Below, piece by piece: positions 52,557-62,622 of a stretch of DNA of 64,000 bases. Where the stretch lies: contig OZ253545.1 of NCBI GenBank assembly GCA_965262615.1, forward strand, positions 1,056,001 through 1,120,000, read 5' to 3'. The translations under genes were made by a program, and so were the position numbers. The stretch is from Alphaproteobacteria bacterium. Its GTDB lineage: Bacteria > Pseudomonadota > Alphaproteobacteria > GM7ARS4 > G965262615. The notes below the pieces were generated by a model. It ran no database searches. It saw only the letters and a list, made by a program, of their open reading frames with translations, and was not told the DNA's origin. Numbering within the stretch: the first letter of the stretch is position 1; each line of letters begins with the position of its first letter.

Positions 52557-53824
52557 GATATCAAGCCATACACAATTCACGCTATGATTTTGAGGGACAA
52601 AATTATGGTGAGGAATGTTTTCCTCACCTGCATAAGTATCCAGCGGCTATGATTCCTCAGCTGGGAATTGAAATTCTAAAGGAGTTGGACATTACGGATG
52701 GCTCAATGCTAGACCCCTATTGTGGCTCTGGCTCTTCTTTTGCCAGTGGTATATCTCTTGGATTAAGAGATTTCACTGGTTTTGACTTAAACCCTTTAGC
52801 TGTGTTGATTAGCAGAGTGAGATTTACAAAATTGAGTGTCCGTCAATTGCAAGAGGCAGAAAGTGAAATAAAAAAACGGGCTTATTCAATCCTTGCTCAT
52901 CATGGTGAGGAAAAAAATACGGCTGTTTTGTTGTCTGATTTTGATTACTGGTTCAGTGAAGAAGTGGCACACAAATTAACTTTACTCAAAAATCTGATAG
53001 AAGACTTGGAAAATGACCAAGTCAAAAAATTTTTAATGCTGGCATTGTCCTTGACTGTGCGTGACTGCTCTTATGTCAGAAACAATGAATTCAAATTGTA
53101 TAGAATTAAAGAAGATGATTTATTGATTTTTAATCCAGATGTTGTCGGCGTGTTTTTCTCGCACCTGAAAAAATCAATTCACATCTATCAAAATTACTAC
53201 GAACCATTTCTTGATGATGTTGTTTTGTCGGTCAGCAGAGGCTCTTTTGTCGATCGTCATAAGCAATATGATGTTGTGCTCACCAGCCCCCCTTATGGTG
53301 ATAGCCGAACAACGGTTGCCTACGGTCAATTTTCAATATTCACCAATCAGTGGCTGCTAGGCTTTCAAAATGCAAGAGCAGTGGATAAAAAATTGATGGG
53401 CGGTGAGAATATTTCGCTGAAAACTCCTTTGGTTCAATTAAATTCTCTCATAGATGATTATATCGCTCATATTGCAACAGTGGACAATAAGAGAGCAAGA
53501 GAAATAAACAGCTTTTATTACGATTTAGCAGCTTCTATTGGCAAAGTGTCACATTCTGTTAAAACACATGGTAGGAGTATTTATGTTGTTGGTAATAGAA
53601 CAGTCAAAGGCATTAATCTTCCAACAGATCAATTTGTTGCCGAACAATTTGAAAAAAACGGATTTAACCACCTGATGACATACAAAAGAAGTATAAGCAA
53701 TAAGAGGATGCCTCATCTAAACTCACCGTCAAACAAAAGTGGTGTGAAAATGGCAACGATGAAAGATGAATTCATCATTGTTTGTGAAAAAACAATGGTG
53801 GGGCTAAAAAGGTATTTACATTGA
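52553..53824 (+). CDS. DNA amino-methyltransferase, probably N4-cytosine
   Basis: Motif X HKYPA, motif I DPYCGSGS and motif IV TSPPY in alpha-class order. Confidence 0.85.
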   Translation: MRYQAIHNSRYDFEGQNYGEECFPHLHKYPAAMIPQLGIEILKELDITDGSMLDPYCGSGSSFASGISLGLRDFTGFDLNPLAVLISRVRFTKLSVRQLQEAESEIKKRAYSILAHHGEEKNTAVLLSDFDYWFSEEVAHKLTLLKNLIEDLENDQVKKFLMLALSLTVRDCSYVRNNEFKLYRIKEDDLLIFNPDVVGVFFSHLKKSIHIYQNYYEPFLDDVVLSVSRGSFVDRHKQYDVVLTSPPYGDSRTTVAYGQFSIFTNQWLLGFQNARAVDKKLMGGENISLKTPLVQLNSLIDDYIAHIATVDNKRAREINSFYYDLAASIGKVSHSVKTHGRSIYVVGNRTVKGINLPTDQFVAEQFEKNGFNHLMTYKRSISNKRMPHLNSPSNKSGVKMATMKDEFIIVCEKTMVGLKRYLH

Positions 53825-54186
53825 CGACTTCTTCAAACTCACTTGGTAGTGCATTCTGGGATGCTGTTCGCTTTAATGAGGCGGGCTTGATTCCTGTCAT
53901 TGCTCAAGAGGCTTCCTCAGGGCGCGTTCTCATGCAGGCGTGGATGAACAAAGAGGCATTGCAGCAAACCCTTGCCACTGGACTTGTCACCTACTGGTCA
54001 CGCAGTCGCCAGCAGTTGTGGCAAAAGGGCGAGACATCAGGACACACACAGCACCTCGTGTCGTGGCGGCTGGATTGTGACGGCGACTCAATTCTGCTCC
54101 AAGTCAAACAAGACGGCGTTGCCTGTCACACCGGGCGCATGAGCTGTTTTTACCGCACATGGAATGGCAAAGCGTGGCAAGAGTGA
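53821..54186 (+). CDS. hisI: Phosphoribosyl-AMP cyclohydrolase
   Basis: YWSRSR, LWQKGETSG, DCDGD and ACHTG..SCF motifs. Confidence 0.95.
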   Translation: MTTSSNSLGSAFWDAVRFNEAGLIPVIAQEASSGRVLMQAWMNKEALQQTLATGLVTYWSRSRQQLWQKGETSGHTQHLVSWRLDCDGDSILLQVKQDGVACHTGRMSCFYRTWNGKAWQE

Positions 54187-54192
54187 AGAGTC

Positions 54193-54744
54193 TTACTTAA
54201 TCAATTGAGAAACATCCTTAAAAGCTTCATCTTTGGCATCTTTAAGCCAGTCAAAAAGAATCATTTCCACCGTGAGAGGCATCGCCCCCAGCCGCGTCAT
54301 GTGAGCCATGGCAATGCGGTGACTCTCTTGTGTTCGCGACCCCATGCCGTCAGCAACAAAACCCACCTGCTTCCATGATGACAATTCCAGTGCATCGCGC
54401 ACCGTTTGCAACACGCAAATATGACTCTCAATGCCGCACACAACCAATTGGTCATAATTGTGAGCGCGAGTGTCTTCCATGAGTGCCTCCATAGCGGAAA
54501 AGCGAGTTTTTGTCAGACAGATGTGTTCATTAGTGAATTGATTTCTCAGCTGTTCCACGGTTTCTCCCAGTCCTTTGGGATATTGCTCCGACACCGCCAC
54601 CGCCACGCCCAATCGGCACGCCCCCTGATGCAATTGAATGATGCGCGTCAGCATGGCATGATGGTCATCAATCACGGGGAGCAACTTTTGTTGAATATCC
54701 ACCATCAGCAGGAGGCTTTTTTTTCTGTCAAAGTGGTGCGTCAT
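54193..54744 (-). CDS. Isochorismatase family hydrolase
   Basis: VDIQQKL, SEQYPKGLG, KTRFS and GIESHICV motifs. Confidence 0.9.
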   Translation of the reverse strand: MTHHFDRKKSLLLMVDIQQKLLPVIDDHHAMLTRIIQLHQGACRLGVAVAVSEQYPKGLGETVEQLRNQFTNEHICLTKTRFSAMEALMEDTRAHNYDQLVVCGIESHICVLQTVRDALELSSWKQVGFVADGMGSRTQESHRIAMAHMTRLGAMPLTVEMILFDWLKDAKDEAFKDVSQLIK

Positions 54745-55963
54745 GGAATTCTTTATGAAAGAAACGAAAAGCATTGGCAAGAGATTTGTCGTCAGCATTG
54801 CGTTGCTCGGTCTTTTGGTGACTTCTGCACATGGGGATGACACCATTGCCATTCGTCATTTGCAGCTCAATTTGCACAGTGAAGATACCCTGTCTTTGCG
54901 TCTTGTGAGCGATCGCCCCATTGATTACCGAACCTTTGTCTTGAGCGACCCTTACCGTTTGGTGTTTGATGGCATCAATGTTGAATGGGCGTTGCCGCAG
55001 TCATCTCCCACCACGGGCATTGGTTTTATATCTCGCTATCGCTTTGGCAAGTTCAACGATCGTCTTGGACGCTTGGTGCTTGATTCTGAGCAGCCCGTGA
55101 TTATCCGCTCCATTGCTCAGTATTTTGGCACTGATGACAAGGTGGTGGTGAGTCTCAACCTTGCATTGAGCGATGAGGCTGGTTTTGCTGAGCATCGCCT
55201 GAAGGGGGCGTTTGTGTCACGGGAGGGACTTTCCTTTGACCCAGCACCGCCTGTTGCGAAAAAAGAGCCACAAAAAACTGTTCAGCGCAATAAACCTCTC
55301 ATCGTCATTGATGCCGGACATGGCGGCGTGGATAGCGGCGCGATTGGTGTCAGTGGCTTGCAAGAAAAAGAAATTAACCTAGCCATGTCACTGCGCCTGG
55401 CACAGCTCATCAATGACAGCGGACGCGCCACCGCCATTTTGACTCGTGACGATGACCGCTTCATCTCTCTGACACACCGTCATCGTTTTGCCAGTCATAA
55501 AAAAGCCGACCTTTTTGTCTCCATTCACGCCGACAGCATTCACAAGCCTGCCATCAAAGGATTGTCCATTTATGGACTGTCCGACCAAGCCTCCGATGAG
55601 GTCGCTCTGCAGCTGGCTCAACGAGAAAACAAGTCTGACATTGTCGGCGGCATGGATATCAGTCGCAATTCGGAGGATGTCCAATATATTTTGATTGACC
55701 TTGTGCAAAAGCAATCCATGAAGAGATCCGATGTGATCGCGCAAAATATCATTAAAAATCTCAAGGGCAAGGTGGATTTATTAGAGCCTCCCCATCGTTT
55801 TGCCGGATTCGTGGTGCTTAAAGCTCCCGATGTCCCTTCTCTTTTGATTGAAATAGGATACTTGTCTAACCCGCAAGAAGAGCTTAAATTACGGGATGCC
55901 GACTACAGAGAATTTCTCGCTCAACAACTGGTATCCGCAATTTTGCAAAGCGTAACACAGTAA
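54743..55963 (+). CDS. amiC: N-acetylmuramoyl-L-alanine amidase (AMIN + Amidase_3)
   Basis: IDAGHGG, EK, SIHAD and LIEIGYLSN motifs. Start at 54743 or 54755. Confidence 0.88.
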   Translation: MEFFMKETKSIGKRFVVSIALLGLLVTSAHGDDTIAIRHLQLNLHSEDTLSLRLVSDRPIDYRTFVLSDPYRLVFDGINVEWALPQSSPTTGIGFISRYRFGKFNDRLGRLVLDSEQPVIIRSIAQYFGTDDKVVVSLNLALSDEAGFAEHRLKGAFVSREGLSFDPAPPVAKKEPQKTVQRNKPLIVIDAGHGGVDSGAIGVSGLQEKEINLAMSLRLAQLINDSGRATAILTRDDDRFISLTHRHRFASHKKADLFVSIHADSIHKPAIKGLSIYGLSDQASDEVALQLAQRENKSDIVGGMDISRNSEDVQYILIDLVQKQSMKRSDVIAQNIIKNLKGKVDLLEPPHRFAGFVVLKAPDVPSLLIEIGYLSNPQEELKLRDADYREFLAQQLVSAILQSVTQ

Positions 55964-56014
55964 CCTTGCGAGTTGGTTTAACTGAATTCTCAGCACAGAG
56001 AAAGGAGAAGAAAG

Positions 56015-56287
56015 ATGAGTAAAATAACATTCAAAGGTGGTATTGAAGTATTCAAATGCGGTATATTGTTATTCATAGCGTATAGTGTTTTTTTGATACG
56101 CGAAGAATTTGTGTGGATTGACGCTGACGACTTGACTGTAAAAGTGGTCAATGAATATCAAAAACCACTTCCTGTTGAGATTAGGGGTGTGACCACAGGC
56201 GTTACTCTTGCGGTTGATATTTGGGATAGTAATACTATTCCAGTAGAGGTTAGGAATACATTTCCTATCTGGGTGAGAGGTCGGTAA
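56015..56287 (+). CDS. Small hypothetical membrane protein
   Basis: 90-aa ORF with AAGGAG RBS and one TM segment; AT-rich. Confidence 0.6.
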   Translation: MSKITFKGGIEVFKCGILLFIAYSVFLIREEFVWIDADDLTVKVVNEYQKPLPVEIRGVTTGVTLAVDIWDSNTIPVEVRNTFPIWVRGR

Positions 56288-56295
56288 GGAGCATC

Positions 56296-58854
56296 ATGAG
56301 TAATCACTTAAATCAATTGTTATTATCTCTGTCTCGCTGGATGCAACGGCGTGACAAACAACGCATGCTCATGGTCGGCGTATACATTGTGTTGGGATTG
56401 CCCGTGCTTGCCATGCTATCACTGGTGGTGATTTTATCGGTGTATCACTTTCAATTGCCCGCCATTGATGACATTCAAACCTATCAGCCCAAGACGGCAT
56501 CGCGCATCTATAGCACCGATGGCATTTTGATTGGCGAATATGCCGAGCATAAACGCGTCCATACGCCGTATGATCAAATTCCTCCTCATGTGATTAATGC
56601 CTTCATCGCCGCCGAAGATAAGAATTTTTGGCATCACGGCGGCATTGATCTCATGCGCCTTGGCATTGCCACCATCACCAATGTGAGACGGTGGCTCATG
56701 GGACAGCGTCTGCAGGGTGCGTCTACCATCACGCAACAGGTGGCTCGTAATTTGTATCTATCACGCGAGGTGAGCATGGATCGCAAGCTCAAAGAAATGG
56801 TGCTGGCAATGCGACTGGAGGGATTAATCAGCAAAGAGCGCATCATGGAGATTTATCTCAGTGAGATTTATCTGGGCGGACGCTCTTACGGAGTCGCCCA
56901 TGCGGCGCACAATTATTTCGGCAAACGCATGGATGACCTGCACATTCATGAATCCGCTCTGCTGGCGGGTCTGCCCAAAGCCCCCAGTTATTATAATCCA
57001 CGACGCTATCCGACACGCGCCCTGCAACGGCGCAACACCATTTTGGCACGGATGGCACACGATGGTCTCATCAGTGATGCCACCATGCGGGCGTATCAAT
57101 CATTGCCACTGGGGGTGCGAGATCGCAATGAACGAGCCGAAGGCGAGCCGGACTCCAATTATTTTGTGGAAGAAGCCCGATTGCAATTGATTGATATTGT
57201 GGGTGAAGAGCCTCTCTACACAGAGGGTTTGACCATTTACGCCACGCTGGACAGCCGTCTGCAAGACATTGCCGAGCGCGCCCTGCGAGATGGTTTGACT
57301 TCCTTTGATCAACGACAAGGCTGGCGCGGCGCACTGACCCGGTTGCCTTCTCTTGACCAATGGCAGACACAGCTTCAGCAAATCAAAAAACCACGAAGCA
57401 TTTACAATTGGCAACTGGCTGTGGTTCTGCAAACCAATGACCAAGAGGCAGGCATCGGCTTGAGCGATGGCTGTCATGGCAGCATCTCGTTGGATGATAT
57501 GCAGTGGGCGCGCCGTCCTCTCACCCAAGAAGAAGAACAAGTGGTTGCCGATAACAAATACGACCTCCCTCTTCTTAAAAAAGTCTCTACCGCTTTGAGT
57601 GTGGGTGATGTCATTCTTGTGGAAAAAGTCAAGGATGAGGAGTCGGATGCTCCACTTCAGCGAGAGGCGGATTGTCGTGAGTATCCTGAACGGTATGCGT
57701 TGCGTCAAATTCCGGAGATTGAAGGGGCGATTGTGGCGATGAATGTTCATAATGGGCGCATTGTGGCAATGAGCGGTGGCTATTCGTGGGATCGCAGTTT
57801 GTTCAATCGTGCCACCCAAGCATTGCGTCAGCCGGGGTCTTCTTTTAAGCCGTTTGTCTATCTTGCGGCACTGGACAATGGATTCACGCCCACCACTGAA
57901 GTGATTGATGCCCCCTTGGTGCTGGAACAAGGAGAAGATGAGGATTTTTGGCGTCCTGAAAATTATTCGGAGAAGTTTTACGGTCCCACCTTGCTGCGGC
58001 GAGGATTGGAACGCTCACGCAATTTAATCACCATTCGCTTGGCTCATTCCATCGGCATGACTCCCATCATGAACTATGCCAATTTACTGGGGGTCTTGCC
58101 TGAAGATGCCAAAGCAGAGTTGTCGGTGGCGATTGGCTCACGGGAGACCACCTTGCTGCAGCTGACCACCGCTTATGCCATGTTTGCCAATGGAGGGTTA
58201 CGCGTGAAGCCTGCCTTCATTGAGCGGATTCAAAAGAAGAGTGGCGACACCATCTATCGCCGTGATGAGCGTGATTGCGGGTCTTGTGTGGGGGGCGATT
58301 ATGACGGCATGTCACTGCCGCCGTTTCCTCAAGATGAGCGCGCTCGTGTGATTGAAGCTCCCCTTGCCTATCAGATGGTCTCCATGCTGGAGGGCGTTGT
58401 GGAGCGCGGCACCGGCAGGCGCGCCCGCATAGAAAATGTGTCTCTGGCGGGCAAGACGGGCACCACCAATGACCACAAAGATGTGTGGTTTATCGGCTTT
58501 ACGCCCGATGTGGCATTGGGGGTGTTTGTGGGATACGACCAGCCGCGCTCCATGGGGGTTCTTGCCAATGGCGCGACGGTGTCATCGCCGATTTTTAAGC
58601 AATTCATGTGGGAGGCGTTTGCGGAAGAAGGCACATCGTTGTTTCGCGTGCCTGAGGGGATTCATTTGGTGCGTATTAATCGCATCACGGGGATGCCTGT
58701 TCGCAGTGAGACCGATGAGAAATACGCCATATTTGAGGCTCTGCGCACCACCGACACCGAAGACCTCGCCGCCACCGTGGGCAGAGATGCCGCCTACGGC
58801 AGAGACCGTCTGCTGGGGCGAGATAAAACCAAGAAACTATTGGGACTCTACTGA
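56296..58854 (+). CDS. mrcA: Penicillin-binding protein 1A
   Basis: AAED, GASTITQQ and RKLKE (GT51); SSFK, SRN and KTG (transpeptidase). Confidence 0.94.
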   Translation: MSNHLNQLLLSLSRWMQRRDKQRMLMVGVYIVLGLPVLAMLSLVVILSVYHFQLPAIDDIQTYQPKTASRIYSTDGILIGEYAEHKRVHTPYDQIPPHVINAFIAAEDKNFWHHGGIDLMRLGIATITNVRRWLMGQRLQGASTITQQVARNLYLSREVSMDRKLKEMVLAMRLEGLISKERIMEIYLSEIYLGGRSYGVAHAAHNYFGKRMDDLHIHESALLAGLPKAPSYYNPRRYPTRALQRRNTILARMAHDGLISDATMRAYQSLPLGVRDRNERAEGEPDSNYFVEEARLQLIDIVGEEPLYTEGLTIYATLDSRLQDIAERALRDGLTSFDQRQGWRGALTRLPSLDQWQTQLQQIKKPRSIYNWQLAVVLQTNDQEAGIGLSDGCHGSISLDDMQWARRPLTQEEEQVVADNKYDLPLLKKVSTALSVGDVILVEKVKDEESDAPLQREADCREYPERYALRQIPEIEGAIVAMNVHNGRIVAMSGGYSWDRSLFNRATQALRQPGSSFKPFVYLAALDNGFTPTTEVIDAPLVLEQGEDEDFWRPENYSEKFYGPTLLRRGLERSRNLITIRLAHSIGMTPIMNYANLLGVLPEDAKAELSVAIGSRETTLLQLTTAYAMFANGGLRVKPAFIERIQKKSGDTIYRRDERDCGSCVGGDYDGMSLPPFPQDERARVIEAPLAYQMVSMLEGVVERGTGRRARIENVSLAGKTGTTNDHKDVWFIGFTPDVALGVFVGYDQPRSMGVLANGATVSSPIFKQFMWEAFAEEGTSLFRVPEGIHLVRINRITGMPVRSETDEKYAIFEALRTTDTEDLAATVGRDAAYGRDRLLGRDKTKKLLGLY

Positions 58855-58863
58855 GAACACACC

Positions 58864-59989
58864 ATGTCCTCCCCCTCCCCTTCCCATGATGACCAAAACC
58901 TTGAGAGCGTCAAACGCGACATTCGTGATGCATTGGCGATGCTCGGGAGGCGTCTTTGACGAACGAGGCTTGGGCAAGCGTCTCGCCGAATTGGAAGAGC
59001 TCACCGCGCGAGATGATTTGTGGAATGACCAAGAAAACGCCTCTCGGTTGTTGCGAGAAAAAACCCGCCTTGAGGCGCAGCTGCAGCGTTTTGCCTCATG
59101 GGAGCAACGGTGGGAAGATGCTCTGACGCTGGAGCAGTTGGCGCAGCAGGAATCCGATGATGAGGTGTTGCGGGAGGTGGCGGAATCCTTGTTGCCGCTG
59201 CATGGCGAATTAATGCAGGCGCGGTTTTTGACCATGATGGAGGGCGAGGCTGACCATCGGGATTGTTTCGTTGAGATTCATGCGGGCTCCGGCGGCACAG
59301 AGGCACAAGACTGGGCGGAGATGTTGCTGCGCATGTATATGCGCTGGGCGAATCGCCGTGATTTTGCCTGTGATTTCATTGAGAACAATGCCGGACAAGA
59401 AGCCGGCATCAAATCGGCAACCATTCGCATTGATGGTGAGTATGCCTATGGCTGGCTGAAGCGGGAGTCGGGGGTTCATCGCTTGGTGCGGCTCTCGCCG
59501 TTTGATTCCGCCATGCGCCGTCATACCAGTTTTGCCTCAATCAAATGCTATCCGGTGATTGATGACTCCATTGATATTGTCATTGAGGATAAAGATTTAC
59601 GCATTGACACCTATCGCGCTTCGGGCGCGGGCGGACAGCATGTCAACAAAACCGACAGTGCGGTGCGGATTACCCATTTGCCCACATCGCTGGTGGTGCA
59701 GTGTCAAAATGATCGCTCGCAGCATCGCAACAAGGCGGCGGCGATGACCATGCTCAAAGCCAAACTGTTTGAGCTGGAACTGCAAAAGCGCGAATCAGAA
59801 AAACAAGCCGGCAGACAGGCGGAAAAGGACATCTCGTGGGGCAATCAAATTCGCTCCTATGTGCTCCATCCCTATCGCATGATCAAAGACCTGAGAACTC
59901 ACCACGAGAGCGGCAACACCGATGCGGTATTAGGTGGCGAAATTGATGCCTTCCTGCAGGCATCTCTTACCGCCCAGCTGGAGTCATGA
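58864..59989 (+). CDS. prfB: Peptide chain release factor 2, programmed +1 frameshift
   Basis: ATG 58864 reads to CTT TGA, then the +1 frame carries SPF, GGQ and WGNQIRSYV. Confidence 0.96.
58945..58960 (+). promoter_or_regulatory. RF2 autoregulatory +1 frameshift site
   Basis: GGGAGG-CGT-CTTTGAC: internal SD 3 nt before the slippery CTT-TGA-C. Confidence 0.95.
59914..59989 (+). repeat. prfB 3'-end repeat, copy 1 (functional)
   Basis: CAACACC GAT GCG GTA TTA GGT GGC GAA...GAG TCA TGA = NTDAVLGGEIDAFLQASLTAQLES*. Confidence 0.9.
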
Positions 59990-61315
59990 GGATAAATTGA
60001 TTTCATTCAAAACTTTTTGAGCTTCGGCATAACCTTGTTTGGCAGATTCCTTTAGCCATTTCAACGCTTCTTTAACATCCTGCGTTACACCCTCGCCTTT
60101 GAAATACACTCCACCCAGAAGATATTGAGCTTTGGCAAGACCTTGTTCAGCAGCTTTTTTGTACCAATTGAACGCCTCTTTTTGATCCTGTGCTACACCC
60201 TCGCCATCGAAATAAATCACACCTAGATTATACTGGGCTTCATCCAATCCTTGTTCAGCAGCTTTTTTAATCCACTTGACTGCTTCTTTTTGATTATGCG
60301 TCACAGCCTCGCCTTTGTGATACATCACACCTAGATTATATTGTGCTTCGGCATGACCTTGCCCAGCAGCTTTTTCAAACCACTTAACTGCTTCTTTTAT
60401 ATCCTGTGTCACACCCTCGCCATTGAAATAAGCCAAGCCTAGATTACATTGGGCTGGAACATGACCTTGCTGGACAGCTTTTTTATACCAATTGACTGCT
60501 TGGGTTGTATCTTTCGTAATACCATCGCCTTCATGATAAACCACACCAAGATTGTATTGGGCTTCGACAATACCTTGTTCAGCAGCTTTTTTGTACCAAT
60601 TGAACGCTTGGGCTTTATCCTGTGCCACACCCTTGCCATTGGTATAAAACACCCCTAGATTATATTGTGCTTCGGCAAGACCTTGTTCAGCAGCTTTTTC
60701 AAACCACTTGATTGCTTTTGTTTGATCTTGCGTCACACCATCGCCATTGGCATAAAACACCCCTAGATTACATTGGGACTCGGCATGACCTTGTTCAGCA
60801 GCTTTTTTGTACCATTTCGCCGCTTTTTTATAATCTTGCGTCACTCCTTCACCCTTGGCATACATGATACCAAGATTGCATTGGGCTTTGGCATAACCTC
60901 GTTGGGCAGCTTTTTCAAACCATTTGGCAGCTTCGTTGTAATTCTTAATAGAAACACATTCTAAACCGTAGTTGAAATACCCCTGTGGAGAGCCAAAAAA
61001 CAAACCCTCTATAAATAAAACCAAATTTTTAATGCCAGTAGGAATGTCAGCATCTATGTTATTTGTCATTAGTTGCAACAGTTTAATAATTTTGTGGGGA
61101 AATCTAGCAATGCCAAAGAGGACAATCGCAAAGATTCCCAATTCTACTAACAATTCTTCCAGCTTATTCACTATTAAGCCAAAAGCGAAAAGCAATACAC
61201 AGATGCCAACTGCCCCTACACAGAGACAAAGTAACATCGCAAGGGCTTTCTTCCAATTGCGAGGCGCGTACTCTTTGATGAATTCTAATATGATTTTCAA
61301 ATTAGAATCAGCCAT
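59984..61315 (-). CDS. Membrane-anchored Sel1-like repeat protein (~8 repeats)
   Basis: MADSNLKIILEFIKEYAPRNW, 2 TM segments, SLR repeats. Confidence 0.95.
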   Translation of the reverse strand: MADSNLKIILEFIKEYAPRNWKKALAMLLCLCVGAVGICVLLFAFGLIVNKLEELLVELGIFAIVLFGIARFPHKIIKLLQLMTNNIDADIPTGIKNLVLFIEGLFFGSPQGYFNYGLECVSIKNYNEAAKWFEKAAQRGYAKAQCNLGIMYAKGEGVTQDYKKAAKWYKKAAEQGHAESQCNLGVFYANGDGVTQDQTKAIKWFEKAAEQGLAEAQYNLGVFYTNGKGVAQDKAQAFNWYKKAAEQGIVEAQYNLGVVYHEGDGITKDTTQAVNWYKKAVQQGHVPAQCNLGLAYFNGEGVTQDIKEAVKWFEKAAGQGHAEAQYNLGVMYHKGEAVTHNQKEAVKWIKKAAEQGLDEAQYNLGVIYFDGEGVAQDQKEAFNWYKKAAEQGLAKAQYLLGGVYFKGEGVTQDVKEALKWLKESAKQGYAEAQKVLNEINLSS

Positions 61316-61366
61316 GCACTGGACATACCATACTTGCCCCCCCTCCGTCCATGTTTTTCACAACAC
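61316..61366 (-). promoter_or_regulatory. Conserved SLR-gene leader
   Basis: GTGTTGTGAAAAACATGGACGG...TG-G-TATGTC-N6-ATG. Confidence 0.65.
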
Positions 61367-61431
61367 TGAGGCGATTAGGCGGCGACATTGACGAATTCCT
61401 GCAAGCATCACTCACTGAGCAGCTGAAGTAA
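61361..61431 (+). repeat. prfB 3'-end repeat, copy 2 (orphan)
   Basis: Reads NTEA[-2 nt]LGGDIDEFLQASLTEQLK*. Confidence 0.88.
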
Positions 61432-62583
61432 AGCTTCTTGGGCTGGAGCAAGTCCTTGCTCGGCAGCTTTTTGATACAATTCCATGGCTTTTTTCTTATT
61501 CTTTTCTAATCCCCCATAACCATCTTCATACATGAGACCAAGATTGAATTGTGCTTGGGCATACCCTTGATTGGCAGCTTGTTGCCACCAAAACACCGCT
61601 TTTTTTATATTCTCCTTCAATCCCCCCTCACCTTTGCCATACATCAGACCAAGAGAGGTTTGGGCTGAGGCAAATCCTTGCTCGGCAGCTTGTTGCCACC
61701 ATTCCACCGCTTTTTTCTTATTCACCTTCACCCCCAGCCCGTTGTAATACATTATACCAAGATTGTTTTGGGCTTGGGTATACTCTTGTTGGGCAGATTT
61801 TTGATACAATTTCAACGCTTCTTCCATATCCCGCTTCAATCCCCCTTCGCCGTTTTGATACATCACACCAAGGTTGTTTTGGGCTGGAGCAAATCCTTGG
61901 TCGGCAGATTTTTGATACAATTCCAACGCTTTTTCATCATCTTGCGTCACCCCATAACCGTTGGAATACATCACACCAAGATTGTATTGAGCTTCGGCAT
62001 GTTTTTGTTGGGCAGCTTTTTGATACCATTGCACCGCCTTTTCATAATCCTGCGTCACTCCATAACCGTTGGCATACATCACACCAAGATTGGATTGGGC
62101 TTCGGTATTCTCTTGCTCGGCAGCTTTTTGATACCAATACACCGCTTTTTCATAATCCTGCGTGACACCTATGCCATTTTCATACATCACACCAAGATTG
62201 TATTGAGCTTCGGCATGTTTTTGTTGGGCAGCTTTTTGATACCATTGCACCGCCTTTTCATCATCCTGTGTCACTCCCCAACCATTGTCATACATCACAC
62301 CAAGATTGTTTTGGGAATCGGCATGACCTTGTTCAGCAGATTTTTGCCACCATTGCACCGCCTCTTCATCATCCTGCGTCACCCCATCACCGTTGAGATA
62401 CATCCAACCAAGCTCTGCTTGAGATTCGGCATCCCCTTGTTTGGCAGATTGCAATATCTCATAGTGGGAGTCTGATAAGGCATCATTCGCCGCGCTCAAG
62501 GAAAAACATGTCATGACAATGGCGAACAAAAACGCCGTGCGACTCACACGCCCCGCCGAGATATTTGCTTTATGCCAATTCAT
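61408..62583 (-). CDS. Secreted Sel1-like repeat protein (~9 repeats)
   Basis: Signal-peptide-like AFLFAIVMTCFSLSAA, then SLR repeats. Start at 62583 or 62607. Confidence 0.93.
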   Translation of the reverse strand: MNWHKANISAGRVSRTAFLFAIVMTCFSLSAANDALSDSHYEILQSAKQGDAESQAELGWMYLNGDGVTQDDEEAVQWWQKSAEQGHADSQNNLGVMYDNGWGVTQDDEKAVQWYQKAAQQKHAEAQYNLGVMYENGIGVTQDYEKAVYWYQKAAEQENTEAQSNLGVMYANGYGVTQDYEKAVQWYQKAAQQKHAEAQYNLGVMYSNGYGVTQDDEKALELYQKSADQGFAPAQNNLGVMYQNGEGGLKRDMEEALKLYQKSAQQEYTQAQNNLGIMYYNGLGVKVNKKKAVEWWQQAAEQGFASAQTSLGLMYGKGEGGLKENIKKAVFWWQQAANQGYAQAQFNLGLMYEDGYGGLEKNKKKAMELYQKAAEQGLAPAQEALLQLLSE

Positions 62584-62622
62584 CCAATCACTATATCCCT
62601 CGTCCATGTTTTTGCAACACTG
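62584..62622 (-). promoter_or_regulatory. Conserved SLR-gene leader with CAACACTG junction stub
   Basis: GTGTTGCAAAAACATGGACG; TTGCAA-N16-TATAGT-N6-ATG. Confidence 0.65.

Noticed and set aside
58436-58953. Long N-terminal extension of RF2 in the ORF track
   Set aside because: It overlaps mrcA out of frame; the real start is 58864 with a +1 frameshift.
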